64,000 bases of DNA from NCBI GenBank assembly GCA_029250605.1, contig JAQXEZ010000006.1, positions 11,535 to 75,534 on the forward strand, read 5' to 3'. Shown here piece after piece: positions 50,981 to 60,766 of the stretch; within the stretch, counting starts at the first letter, position 1, and every line of letters begins with the position of its first letter. The DNA comes from Candidatus Thalassarchaeaceae archaeon. Its GTDB lineage: Archaea; Thermoplasmatota; Poseidoniia; Poseidoniales; Thalassarchaeaceae. The notes under the pieces are model-generated. The model was not told the DNA's origin. It saw only the letters and a program-made list of their open reading frames with translations, and searched no databases. The position numbers and the translations under genes were made by a program.

Positions 50981-52870
50981 CTACAACCTCTTTGAAAGCC
51001 AGGAATCGATCCTCTGAACGAGTTCAGGGTCATGAAGAGTCACTGCAGGCCATCTTCGAACCGGCAAAGGTCCCCCTTCTGATGGAATGGGAGCAGTCGC
51101 ATCCCATGCAACCCTCGTCTGCGACTCGTCGAAGTGCAGATCTCTTCCGACGTCGAATCTGCAGAATAGCTGCCATAGCAGCCTCCTCCTCCAATCTTCA
51201 CTCTCCAAGTCCGCATCCGAGTCAGTAATGAAAAGCCATCTCAGCCCCTTGGATGCCTCCAATCCCCAAATAGCATTCCTGATTGTAGCGATCCTCTCTC
51301 TCTGGAGATTGGCCATCTGCTCGTTGGCATCCTCCATGCTCTCCTCTGGCTTGGGGCCTCCTTCGATTTCAGTAGTTATCACCATCATAGAAGGACGTAG
51401 CATCCTGGCCTGAGCAACTCCATCAATTGCTGAGGCCGAAATGACCAGTGATTTGCTTACTGGAACCATCTCGACATGTTCTATTGGGTCTCCATCTACT
51501 GGTGATGTCGCATCGACTATCAGTTTGTCATGGATATTCTCCCACGGGGAAGTGTGTGCCAATGAATCAGCTACCATTCCCTTGAGAGTCACTAGGTCAT
51601 CAGGGATGCTGACTTTCATTTCTAGGGCATCAAGCAGGGAGTCGAGATTCTTCACGATATGATCCTCATCAACAACTACTACCACCTTGAGAAACATCAT
51701 CTGACCAGCACCTAGTAGTCCCAACGCGGTCTTCCTTGCCTGACGAGGGAATCTTTGTCTGGAGGAAACGATGGCTAGATTGTGAAAGCCAGTCTCCAGT
51801 GGTAGGAATGTGTCAATAACATCTCGATGTTGGAACTTCAGAACAGGTAACAAAGCATCCCCAATCGCCTCACCGAGATAACCATCCTCCATGGGAGGGA
51901 CTCCTACTATTGTCATCGGAACTGTCGGGTCCTTCTTGTGAGTGATTGCAGTTACGTGCATTACTGGGTACTCGTCTTCAAGCGAGTAGTGTCCGAAATG
52001 ATCGCCGAATGGTCCTTCTGTCCTAGTCTCACCTGGAATTGTGTATCCTTCGATAACGAAGTCACAATCCGCGGGAATCCAGAGGTCGTTAGTTAGGCAT
52101 TTTGTGATCCTCAACCTCTTCCCGCTTAGGAGACCTGCGAATTCGTATTCCGTTAGATTATCCGGTAGTGGTGAGATAGAGCTGAAAATTATCTGTGGCG
52201 GCCCTCCGAGGCAAATTGCCACCGGCATTCTGCCTTCCGAGGAATCTGCATGATCCGCCCCATGTTTGTGCTTCTGCCAATGAAGCCCGACTTCCTTTGG
52301 TCCGAAGACCTGACTCCTGTACATCCCCATGTTGTGTGCTCCGGACTTCGGATCCGCTGTTACAACCAGGGGCAGGGTCATGAATGGCCCCCCGTCATCT
52401 GGCCAAGTGACAGGGATTGGAAGCTTTGTCACATCAGGGTCATCGATCCTTACTTGCTGGCATTTTCCTCTCGAGACCCTATTGGGTGCCATCGAGATTC
52501 CTTGCCTCAGTAGTTTGATTCCAGTCCAAGGCCTCTTCATGATGGCACCTATGTCGGGCTTCATCAGACCAACCATCATTTCCCCAATCTCACTAGGATC
52601 ATCCACCCCCAAAGCTAGGTTTGTCCGCTCCCTAGTGCCAAAGAGATTCATCGCAAGAGGGAATCTACTGATGCTCCCATCCTCCAGTCTTGGTTGATCG
52701 AAGACCACTGCTGGGCCACCCATCTTGACTAAACGGTCTGCTATACAACCAGCTTCGAACCTCACGTCAACGGGATGGCCGACCCTTAGCAACTCGCCCC
52801 TAATCTCTAGGGCTCTGATGAACTCCTCTAGACTCCTCCAGCCCATGGTGATTCGTGATGCCTCTGGCAT
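50981..52870 (-). CDS. UbiD-family (prenyl-FMN-dependent) decarboxylase
   Basis: Long UbiD-like core (GGPFMTLPLVVT, GMYRSQV, GGPPQ...) with a C-terminal extension. It is translationally coupled to the UbiA-like gene. Confidence 0.8.
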   Translation of the reverse strand: MPEASRITMGWRSLEEFIRALEIRGELLRVGHPVDVRFEAGCIADRLVKMGGPAVVFDQPRLEDGSISRFPLAMNLFGTRERTNLALGVDDPSEIGEMMVGLMKPDIGAIMKRPWTGIKLLRQGISMAPNRVSRGKCQQVRIDDPDVTKLPIPVTWPDDGGPFMTLPLVVTADPKSGAHNMGMYRSQVFGPKEVGLHWQKHKHGADHADSSEGRMPVAICLGGPPQIIFSSISPLPDNLTEYEFAGLLSGKRLRITKCLTNDLWIPADCDFVIEGYTIPGETRTEGPFGDHFGHYSLEDEYPVMHVTAITHKKDPTVPMTIVGVPPMEDGYLGEAIGDALLPVLKFQHRDVIDTFLPLETGFHNLAIVSSRQRFPRQARKTALGLLGAGQMMFLKVVVVVDEDHIVKNLDSLLDALEMKVSIPDDLVTLKGMVADSLAHTSPWENIHDKLIVDATSPVDGDPIEHVEMVPVSKSLVISASAIDGVAQARMLRPSMMVITTEIEGGPKPEESMEDANEQMANLQRERIATIRNAIWGLEASKGLRWLFITDSDADLESEDWRRRLLWQLFCRFDVGRDLHFDESQTRVAWDATAPIPSEGGPLPVRRWPAVTLHDPELVQRIDSWLSKRL

Positions 52871-52939
52871 GAGAAGGTTCGCCTCCTAGGGGCCCCTGCA
52901 AACCGACGGATTCTTTGATGGGTGCTCTACCGATAATCC

Positions 52940-54184
52940 GTGGGCGAGGCAGGAACCGTATGTGACGTTCTTGTTGTGGGCGCAGGTCCGGGTGGTGGTA
53001 ACGCTGCTCTACAGTGCTCCCGGCAGGGGCTCTCGACTATCCTAATCGAGGATCACCCAGAGATCGGGACCCCAGTCCACTGCGGCGAGTGCATCTCAGA
53101 GATTGCCTGCCAGAACCTCAATCTGGACCTACCTGACGAAGTGATTAGCAAGAGGGTCAGGGGTATCCGGGTGATATTCCCCGATGGCACTGAGAAGTGC
53201 CTAACAGAGGAGGGGTACGTCTTGGAGAAGCACCTGTTCGAGAGGTGGATAGCCGAGGAAGCGGTTGCCGCCGGCGCTAGCCTCCATCTTCGCCACAAGT
53301 TGCTCTCAATGGAGAGGGTGGAGGGGGATCCATTCGGAGGTTGGATATGCGATGGCAAGGGGGACCAGTTCCCCATCAGAGCCAAGATCGTGATCGATGC
53401 CTCAGGAGTGGCTGCTGTCTGCTCGCGTTTGGTGAAGCCAGATTGTGACGCCCCATTGAACGCAAAGGGCAAGGTCGTCGCAGGGATGCAGTACGAGTTG
53501 CTGGAAGTTCCTACTGATGACTATCTGGACTTCTACATCTGGCCAAAATATGCTGAGAAGGGGTATCTATGGATGATTCCGAAGTGCGAAGGACGTGCAA
53601 ACGTGGGTCTAGTGACAGAGGATAAGCCCAGGACCAAGAAGGCCCTAGACGAGTTCATCGCTGACACCCACTTCTCAGACTTGGAACAATCCCTGCCCCC
53701 CTGGAAAGAGAAGGGCAGTCCGGCTTTCGGCGGGACAATCCCCATCTCCGGTCCATTCGACAGAACCCACCACGATGGACTAATGCTGGTCGGTGACGCT
53801 GCTGGTTTCACTTCCCCCCTATTCGAGGGTGGGTCCCACCTCGCACTGAAATCAGCGGTTTTCGCAGCCCAGACTGCTGCGAAGGCAATCTCGGAAGGAG
53901 ACCTCAGTTCGGAGAGACTGTCAGAGTATACCAGACTGTGGAAGGCAGAGTTCCCACCCTACGACAAAATCCTGAGGGGCAAGACTGCTCTCTTCGAGCT
54001 GTCTGACGATGAGATGTCAGTGATGGCTACATGCTTCCCGGATGAGATGTCAGACATGGGAGCAACGGGGAAGGCCATGGTAGGATTCAGGCTATTGCTT
54101 AGAAGGCCCGGACTATACTTCAAGAGAATCGTCCCAGCGATGCTGGCCTTTGGATACAGCAGGGCGAAGTATTACGGATGGTGA
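52940..54184 (+). CDS. Geranylgeranyl reductase-family flavoprotein
   Basis: DVLVVGAGPGGGNAA (FAD dinucleotide fold), LVGDAAGFTSPLFEGG. Size is typical of the archaeal GGR family. Confidence 0.75.
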   Translation: MGEAGTVCDVLVVGAGPGGGNAALQCSRQGLSTILIEDHPEIGTPVHCGECISEIACQNLNLDLPDEVISKRVRGIRVIFPDGTEKCLTEEGYVLEKHLFERWIAEEAVAAGASLHLRHKLLSMERVEGDPFGGWICDGKGDQFPIRAKIVIDASGVAAVCSRLVKPDCDAPLNAKGKVVAGMQYELLEVPTDDYLDFYIWPKYAEKGYLWMIPKCEGRANVGLVTEDKPRTKKALDEFIADTHFSDLEQSLPPWKEKGSPAFGGTIPISGPFDRTHHDGLMLVGDAAGFTSPLFEGGSHLALKSAVFAAQTAAKAISEGDLSSERLSEYTRLWKAEFPPYDKILRGKTALFELSDDEMSVMATCFPDEMSDMGATGKAMVGFRLLLRRPGLYFKRIVPAMLAFGYSRAKYYGW

Positions 54185-54187
54185 ACA

Positions 54188-56563
54188 ATGCTCACCTTCC
54201 TTGGATACACCCTAATCTTCCTAGCTCTGCTTGTTAGCGTATACCTAGTCTTTCGTCCCGAGGCTAGTTCCGACCCCCTCGTCCGAACAACGTCAATGGC
54301 TGCACAATCAGCGCCATTCCTATTTCTTGCTACATCCTTCCTAATCGAAGCGACGACACTGGACCTAGTCTCTAGATATGTAGGAGACGGACTACCACTT
54401 TTCTATCGTATTTCTGCAGTATGGGGGAGCAGATCCGGACCCCTTCTGATGTGGGCCTCAATGATGAGTGTGATCACATGGGTGATGTCCAGAGATCACA
54501 TGGTCGATAGTACGGCAATTCGAGTCATGCACTCATGGACAGCCTTACTCCTCCTAGTCTCAGCAGGCCTCCGCCCATTCTCCCCTGCCATCCCTGGATC
54601 TGCTGGAGAAATCAGCCCTTTGCTACAGACGGATCTGATGGTTATCCACCCGCCAGTAGTTTTCGTATACTACTCCCTTTGTCTGGCAACCGCTAGCATC
54701 GCCCTGTCTGGTCTGATCATGGCTCGCCCGTCGAAGGAGACGCATGCCTCGATGATTCGATGGGCTCGGTACTCATTCCTAGCGGGCACCGTGGGAATAG
54801 GGCTCGGGGGTCTTTGGGCCTACACGGTTCTGGATTGGGGAGGATACTGGGCATGGGATCCAGTCGAGACCGGCTCCCTGCTTCCATGGCTAGCACTCCT
54901 AGCGATCCTGCACTCCAGGGCCCGGGCTCAGGCATCCAATCCATTTGCATTCACACCTGCATTGGGACTGATATGTGGGGCCCTAGTCATGCATGCGACC
55001 CTGGTGACAAGAGCCAATGGGGTCTGGGCCTCAGTCCATGCCTTCGTTGGCGATGGGGAGAACTCACTTCCGCGAGACCCCTATGTCCGGGTCGTCGAGA
55101 TCATCGACTTCACCGCTGTTGGTTTTGAGGTCTTGGTCTACCTACTCGCAGTCATGGGACTCCTCTGCCTATCTGTTGCTCACGTCCTGAGGGAGCAGAG
55201 AGCCCAAGTGGCCGCGATGGGCTCCCAGACCTTGTTCGAGACGAACAGGACCCTAGCCATCTCTCTGCTAGTCTACTTTGCTGCAGTGGGTCTGTGGATT
55301 GGCTCATCGGCAGTCCTCTTCTTCGGACTTGCCATAATGATTCTATTGATCTTCGGAGATCGAGACGAACCGCCAGTGCATTGGGTCTCCATGGGGGTCC
55401 TGCTGATGCTTTTCTCAGGATGGGGTTGGGTTTCCGAATGGTATCAGTCATTGGCTGGAATAGTACCATTTCTGCTAGTATGGGTCATTCCTGAGGAAGA
55501 GAAGGATGACTTCTCTTGGATAATTGGTGCAATCACTGATGCTAACAAGAGAGCTACTTTCTCTCGCTCGTTCCCGTGGTACCTGTCAATGGCATTTCTC
55601 TTGTTGACATGGATACTATTGACAGTTGAGATTGAGGGTACCAATATTGCAGCGCACGAGTACTACGGAGCCCCTCTGATTTCATTGCTAGCAATTGGTT
55701 TGGCACTGTATGCTTGGGGGGAGAAAATCAGTGGTAAGGCAGGAACCGCATTATTGGTGTTTACGACCATAGTATCGGTACTTCTGGCAGCTAACTCTGG
55801 AAGCCTCGAACTCCCAGGAAACCAGAGTCATCCTATAACCGATAGCATTTCCAGAGGGGCCTTGTCCGTATTCATCCTAACATGGCTAGTCTTCGCAATC
55901 CCCCCAACCCTCGTGAGACTCTGGCACAAATCTAGAGAGATCATTCCAGAACTACTCAGAAGTGGCGGCACATCTCAGCCATCAAAGGCCAGATTACTAG
56001 GGACCCATGTTGCTCATGCTGGAATTCTTATTCTCCTAGTTGGACACGTTCTGACCACCACTCTAGTCGATCGGACAGATCCTTCTCATTTCGTTACCCT
56101 GGAGAAGGATGTCCCCACCGAGCATCAGGGAATGGAGCTAATGTTCACCGAAGTAGAAATCTTCTCTGCCGAAGAAGATGGATATGATTATGAAATTGGG
56201 GATGGTTACGTTGGAGTTGTAATCGAAGTTAGAGACGAAGGTGAGATTCTTGGAACGATAAGGCCTGGAATGCTAAGATTCGATTCCCCATCGGGGGCCG
56301 TATCAGCCAGGTCAGAAGTGGATAGAATGTCCGGGATGACTGGAGACACCATTGTAATTCTAGATCTACTTCAATCCAATGAACTTCTTTCTTCAATGAT
56401 ACTGGGACAGACCGATCAGGTCGAAGAGGTAAGGGTCACAATTCATCACCTTCCGGGGAGCCATCTAGTCTGGTCAGGTTGGCTTCTGGTAATCTTGGGC
56501 AGTGCGCTCTCATCATTACCAAGACCTAGCGTTGGAATGAGAAATAACACACCGTTTGAATGA
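54188..56563 (+). CDS. ccmF: CcmF-like cytochrome c haem lyase/haem-handling membrane protein
   Basis: YRISAVWGSRSGPLLMW, LMVIHPP (P-His1). WWD motif WGGYWAWDPVETGSLLPW (nt 54836-54889), followed by LAILHS (P-His2). Many TM helices. Confidence 0.8.
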   Translation: MLTFLGYTLIFLALLVSVYLVFRPEASSDPLVRTTSMAAQSAPFLFLATSFLIEATTLDLVSRYVGDGLPLFYRISAVWGSRSGPLLMWASMMSVITWVMSRDHMVDSTAIRVMHSWTALLLLVSAGLRPFSPAIPGSAGEISPLLQTDLMVIHPPVVFVYYSLCLATASIALSGLIMARPSKETHASMIRWARYSFLAGTVGIGLGGLWAYTVLDWGGYWAWDPVETGSLLPWLALLAILHSRARAQASNPFAFTPALGLICGALVMHATLVTRANGVWASVHAFVGDGENSLPRDPYVRVVEIIDFTAVGFEVLVYLLAVMGLLCLSVAHVLREQRAQVAAMGSQTLFETNRTLAISLLVYFAAVGLWIGSSAVLFFGLAIMILLIFGDRDEPPVHWVSMGVLLMLFSGWGWVSEWYQSLAGIVPFLLVWVIPEEEKDDFSWIIGAITDANKRATFSRSFPWYLSMAFLLLTWILLTVEIEGTNIAAHEYYGAPLISLLAIGLALYAWGEKISGKAGTALLVFTTIVSVLLAANSGSLELPGNQSHPITDSISRGALSVFILTWLVFAIPPTLVRLWHKSREIIPELLRSGGTSQPSKARLLGTHVAHAGILILLVGHVLTTTLVDRTDPSHFVTLEKDVPTEHQGMELMFTEVEIFSAEEDGYDYEIGDGYVGVVIEVRDEGEILGTIRPGMLRFDSPSGAVSARSEVDRMSGMTGDTIVILDLLQSNELLSSMILGQTDQVEEVRVTIHHLPGSHLVWSGWLLVILGSALSSLPRPSVGMRNNTPFE

Positions 56564-56599
56564 AAAAGGGGGAGCCGGTCGCGAGGCCCCTGAGGTGCT

Positions 56600-57298
56600 A
56601 TGATGGATAATGGCTCAATCGTTCATATTGACTATGATTTGTACAATGCTAGCAATGACAAGCTGATCGAGACAACTAGGGAAGAGGTTGCCAAGGAGCA
56701 CGATTCCCATGACGAGAACAGAGAGTACTCGCCGATGATTACCACTGTTGGTGATGGGCGGTTGATTCCCGGTTTCGAGGCACACCTGACCGAGGCCGAG
56801 TCTGGTAAGGACTACGAGTTCGACATCGAGCCTGAGGAAGCTTATGGGGACAGGGATCAGAACAAGATCGAGACAATCTCACAGAACGTACTCCTTCGTA
56901 GCGTTAGGGATCCGAACACACTCGGAATTGGCGCTCCAGTGGAGATTGGCGGTAGAAACGGGATCCTTCAGTTCATGAGTGCTGGTAGGGCAAGAATAGA
57001 CTACAACCACCCACTTGCAGGCGTCACCCTGAGGTACAGCTACCAGATCGTCAAGGTTGTTGAGGACAGGGAAGAGAAGGTCCAGACGCTAATGAAGATG
57101 AACACCGGCAGGGATGACTTCGAAATCGAATTCGATGGCGATGATCTAACCATGACACTCCCAGAGGAGATGGCATATGATCAGAACTGGGCATTCACCA
57201 AGTTCTCATTGGTCACAACTCTGAGGGAGAATGTCGGAGTGGCCAAGGTAGTCTTCCGAGAGGTACACGAGCCTAGGAAGATCGATGAAGAAGAGTGA
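56600..57298 (+). CDS. FKBP-type peptidyl-prolyl isomerase (long archaeal SlyD-like type)
   Basis: VHIDYDLY, GDGRLIPGFEAHL, EEAYGDRD, HPLAG. Confidence 0.8.
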   Translation: MMDNGSIVHIDYDLYNASNDKLIETTREEVAKEHDSHDENREYSPMITTVGDGRLIPGFEAHLTEAESGKDYEFDIEPEEAYGDRDQNKIETISQNVLLRSVRDPNTLGIGAPVEIGGRNGILQFMSAGRARIDYNHPLAGVTLRYSYQIVKVVEDREEKVQTLMKMNTGRDDFEIEFDGDDLTMTLPEEMAYDQNWAFTKFSLVTTLRENVGVAKVVFREVHEPRKIDEEE

Positions 57299-57302
57299 CT
57301 AG

Positions 57303-58889
57303 CTAGATAATCCACGGAATAATAACCGGGATCAATAGCACTAGAAGAATGAAGATGCTGCTAAGGCTGCTGATTCTATTGGACAGCATCTCTATGCGCA
57401 TCGGATGAGAATTCTTGCTCACCTTCCTCAGGAAGGAGTGAACCCCATCCCGAACCAGATGCCCGCCATCGAAAGGGATCATTGGAATCAGATTAGCGAA
57501 ACCCAGTAGGAAGTTTATCCAGACTAGCCAGAAAAGAAAGTCGAATATCATCAACATCCCATCAGTTCCTAGCATGGATGCAACCGCCCCATCGCCTGCA
57601 ATCAGCATAACTCTCTCCTGTGGAATCATCGTCTGGCCATCATTTGCAATTGGAACATTCAGCATCAAAAGAGGTCTGACGGCCGTGCTTAACACCGTCC
57701 CGAATGCTGAATATTCTCCCTCGACAATATGGGCATAACCATCCACTCCCCCTGTTGAGGACACTAGGTTGGAAACACCCAAGAATGCGTCTCCAGGTTT
57801 AACGCCCCAGAAATCGAGCAATTTGTTGGTATCCTCGATGCACGCTTCGTCTCCATCGCACTCATCGATGTAGTATTGGTATCGATCGCCCATTGTGACC
57901 ACCAATGCCCTCTCAGACCACGACTCACTATCATCAGACCACGATTGAACTGTCAGCAAAGCCTCATCTCCAGCAGCAATGCCATCCATTTCAGTAGTGA
58001 AGTCCGAGTATCCTCCAATTTTACTCCCATCAATGTGGGTTATTGTCTCGAAGGGGAGCAAGCCAGCCTCTTCGGCACCCCCTCCAACAACTATCCCCCT
58101 AGCATGGACGCCTTCGTTTTCTGCAACCATTCCAGTGGCGACAGAAGATAGGAGGATCAGTACGACGTATGTGGCGAATATATTGATCGAAGGTCCCGCC
58201 GCAAAGAGCCTCAACCTCTCTCTCCGGGGCGCTCTTTCCATCTCCGACTCCTCTGGTTCTGCGAATGCTCCTACCGGCAACGGACCCAATTGCAGGACCC
58301 CGAAGCTCCGCAGCCTCATCCCATGCGCTCTTGCCTGGATGCCGTGACTATACTCGTGAATCACAATCGCCATGATTAGAGCTAAGGCCGGCCACCAGAA
58401 CGGCACGAAGCTTGTTACACCCGGAATCAGGAGCAGATCACTCGCGGGAAGAGGGTCATCTGGGGGGTCTATTGCTACTGCTATAGCACTCAGAATCAGT
58501 AGCAGAACCACCATGAACATCACAAAGAAGCAGAGCCAAATCGAGAGTTCCCCGTAACCTCGCCAGAATCTCTTAGGCTTAGAGACGAAGTCTAGCAATC
58601 TCATCCCCCTCTTGGTTCTAATCATCAGAATCACGCCCAGAGCTCTGGTAGCATCGAACCTGTCCAGGACTCCCGTGGACTCAGCGTAAACCAACCCAGA
58701 ATACCACATTCCTAGCAGAATCACCAACCAAATCGGAGCACCTAGGGAGTAGGCAAGGAATAGTAGCAGAAGTGGGACGAGAACTCCCCGGCTCTCTGCT
58801 TCCTCGGCCATAGCAAGGCACGTCCGCCCTTCTTTCTTCAACCTGCTCTCAAACGTAAGAGAGAATACTGTCAACCGTTTCCGAGACAC
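57303..58889 (-). CDS. Site-2 protease-family (M50) membrane metalloprotease with a PDZ-like insert
   Basis: VIHEYSHGIQA (HExxH), multiple TM helices, C-terminal NLIPMIPFDGGH motif. The start is possibly ATG 58811. Confidence 0.8.
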   Translation of the reverse strand: MSRKRLTVFSLTFESRLKKEGRTCLAMAEEAESRGVLVPLLLLFLAYSLGAPIWLVILLGMWYSGLVYAESTGVLDRFDATRALGVILMIRTKRGMRLLDFVSKPKRFWRGYGELSIWLCFFVMFMVVLLLILSAIAVAIDPPDDPLPASDLLLIPGVTSFVPFWWPALALIMAIVIHEYSHGIQARAHGMRLRSFGVLQLGPLPVGAFAEPEESEMERAPRRERLRLFAAGPSINIFATYVVLILLSSVATGMVAENEGVHARGIVVGGGAEEAGLLPFETITHIDGSKIGGYSDFTTEMDGIAAGDEALLTVQSWSDDSESWSERALVVTMGDRYQYYIDECDGDEACIEDTNKLLDFWGVKPGDAFLGVSNLVSSTGGVDGYAHIVEGEYSAFGTVLSTAVRPLLMLNVPIANDGQTMIPQERVMLIAGDGAVASMLGTDGMLMIFDFLFWLVWINFLLGFANLIPMIPFDGGHLVRDGVHSFLRKVSKNSHPMRIEMLSNRISSLSSIFILLVLLIPVIIPWII

Positions 58890-59071
58890 ATGTCTCTTGG
58901 TGCAACTGATTCCTCACGGAGTGCTAATAGAAGGATAGACTCCCTTTCCAGAGAGAGAGAAAGCATCAGCAGGATACTGGCCCAAGCCGGTTTGGATCGG
59001 ATTGAACAAGATATCGAGATGCTGAAGAAAAAACTTGATTCGATTGAAGCACTCCTTTCTGGACGTTCTAA

Positions 59072-59659
59072 CTAGCCTAATGCCGACTCTTTCGCATTGT
59101 TAATCCCTGATTCCGAAACAATACCGCCAGCTCCGTTTGACTTGCAAACCAAAGACAAGAACCGATGAACTGGCATACCCGCATTCCAGTCCAGATGCGG
59201 AGTTCCCCTGCTCGTTAGAGGGAGCGGGGGGATGCTCCTTGAGAGGTGCCTTAGTTTCCCAGTCAAGCCCTCAACCTCAACTCTCATTATCCTCCAACTG
59301 TCGCCCCTGACGCCCTTTAACCTGAATGCGTAAAGGGGGAGGAGGCCACACTTCTCTCCAGTAGATTTCAGTGCCTTGTACTGAACCATCGTCCTACCCG
59401 AGAGGTAAATCCTGTCAACCTTCGAGGTCTTGACTTCGATGGGGAAGCACATGTCCCCCCTCAGAGCGAGTAAATCACCCGTACCCTCCGAACCGCTACC
59501 CGGTGCCCTGACCACTAAGAAAGGCCTCTGCATCACCTTCATCGCCCTAGCTCTCTCAACCTCACTGCATGACCTAGTAACTGCACGAACACCCTTCAAT
59601 TCACCAGCTAGAACCGAGCGCAGTTCTCGCTCATAGCTGGTTCCCACGGGTCTATCCAA
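59072..59659 (-). CDS. hjc: Holliday junction resolvase Hjc-like nuclease with insertion and C-terminal extension
   Basis: GTSYERELRSVL, FLVVRAPGSGS..GDLLAL, FPIEVKTSK (E-x-K). At 195 aa it is longer than the roughly 125-140 aa I recall for Hjc. Confidence 0.55.
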   Translation of the reverse strand: MDRPVGTSYERELRSVLAGELKGVRAVTRSCSEVERARAMKVMQRPFLVVRAPGSGSEGTGDLLALRGDMCFPIEVKTSKVDRIYLSGRTMVQYKALKSTGEKCGLLPLYAFRLKGVRGDSWRIMRVEVEGLTGKLRHLSRSIPPLPLTSRGTPHLDWNAGMPVHRFLSLVCKSNGAGGIVSESGINNAKESALG

Positions 59660-59690
59660 TTCTCAGGGTTATTGAGGACACCGGTCCCAA

Positions 59691-60377
59691 TCACTGAAAC
59701 TTTCCCTTTCTGTAGTCCCTAGTCCTGTCTACACCAGGGAACTGGTCCTCACTTTCTCTGTAGACCGTCTTCATGTTATTTAGAAAATTGTCTTCGTTAG
59801 TAACAATCAGCACCATGTCCACCCCCGGATCTTTTTCCCCATCCATCCATGGGAGGATGATTTCCATAGTCATCCTGGCTCCTTCTCTGTGAGGGTACGC
59901 GAACACGTCCATTCCCAGAGGGGGTAGGACCAGGGTCTTCCTAGGCTTGAGGCTCTCCACCGCTCCGAAAAGAGCATCATATGAATTCCTCATCAATTCC
60001 CTCCTGAAATTATCCTGAGTCGGTCTCCTACAATCAGGACCAACTACGTGCACAAGATTAGATGCGGGTAGGCCAAAGGCAGGTGTAGTCACTGCTTCCC
60101 CCACTACGCATGGTTGTAGATTCGACTTCCTCTTTTCCTTCGCAATGTTTGCACAAGCCTCCCTCAGTTCTTCTCCAGCAGCTTCCTGCATCCTTTCATC
60201 TAGACCTTCTCTTCCAGCGAGCCTGCTATTCGCAGGAATGACCATTACATCTCCTTCGACACCAATGATGTCCCCATAGAGTACACGAACTTGCCCGTGT
60301 CTGCACTCTCTCACGATTACTACGTCGGCCATAAGTGTGCGAAGAGCGGCCATCTGATATGTATCCATCGTAGACAA
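59691..60377 (-). CDS. Macro-domain protein (ADP-ribose binding/hydrolase)
   Basis: DIIGVEGDVMVIPANSRLAGREGLDERMQEAAGEELREAC, HVVGP. Confidence 0.7.
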   Translation of the reverse strand: MSTMDTYQMAALRTLMADVVIVRECRHGQVRVLYGDIIGVEGDVMVIPANSRLAGREGLDERMQEAAGEELREACANIAKEKRKSNLQPCVVGEAVTTPAFGLPASNLVHVVGPDCRRPTQDNFRRELMRNSYDALFGAVESLKPRKTLVLPPLGMDVFAYPHREGARMTMEIILPWMDGEKDPGVDMVLIVTNEDNFLNNMKTVYRESEDQFPGVDRTRDYRKGKFQ

Positions 60378-60427
60378 AATCTTCGAAATTCGGGAACATT
60401 AATCGTCACCGACCTCTTCCCGAGGTC

Positions 60428-60661
60428 ATGTCAACCGGGTACGTTTTGCTTGATGTGGAGCCAGGCACAGAGTATACGGTTTTCGAGAAGGCCTCTTCTC
60501 TTCCCTTTGTTTCTGATGCGAAAGTTCTGTTTGGCGATCATGATATGATTCTCAAAATTGAGGCAGAGAGCATGGGTGAAATTGCGAAACTAGTAGTCGA
60601 TTCTGTTCGTTCAATCCCTGGAGTAACCAATACAAAGACACTGGCATGTGCCGAGTTGTAG
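60428..60661 (+). CDS. Stand-alone Lrp/AsnC ligand-binding (RAM) domain protein
   Basis: 77 aa. GYVLLDVEPGTEYTVFEKASSLPFVSDAKVLFGDHDMILKIEAES...IPGVTNTKT is a typical RAM-domain pattern without an HTH. Confidence 0.7.
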   Translation: MSTGYVLLDVEPGTEYTVFEKASSLPFVSDAKVLFGDHDMILKIEAESMGEIAKLVVDSVRSIPGVTNTKTLACAEL

Positions 60662-60766
60662 AATTCGGAATATCCCAATATATCGCTAACCTTGCCCCAG
60701 TATCCCGAAATTACGGCTCAACTTTATTATCTATGCAGGACCTCATGTAGCCGGAGGAATCCAATT

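Noticed and set aside
58890-59075. 61-aa plus-strand ORF between hjc and the M50 protease gene (coiled-coil-like ...IEQDIEMLKKKLDSIEALLS).
   Set aside because: It is short, has no motif, and lies in the probable promoter or leader region of the protease gene. I cannot support it from sequence alone.
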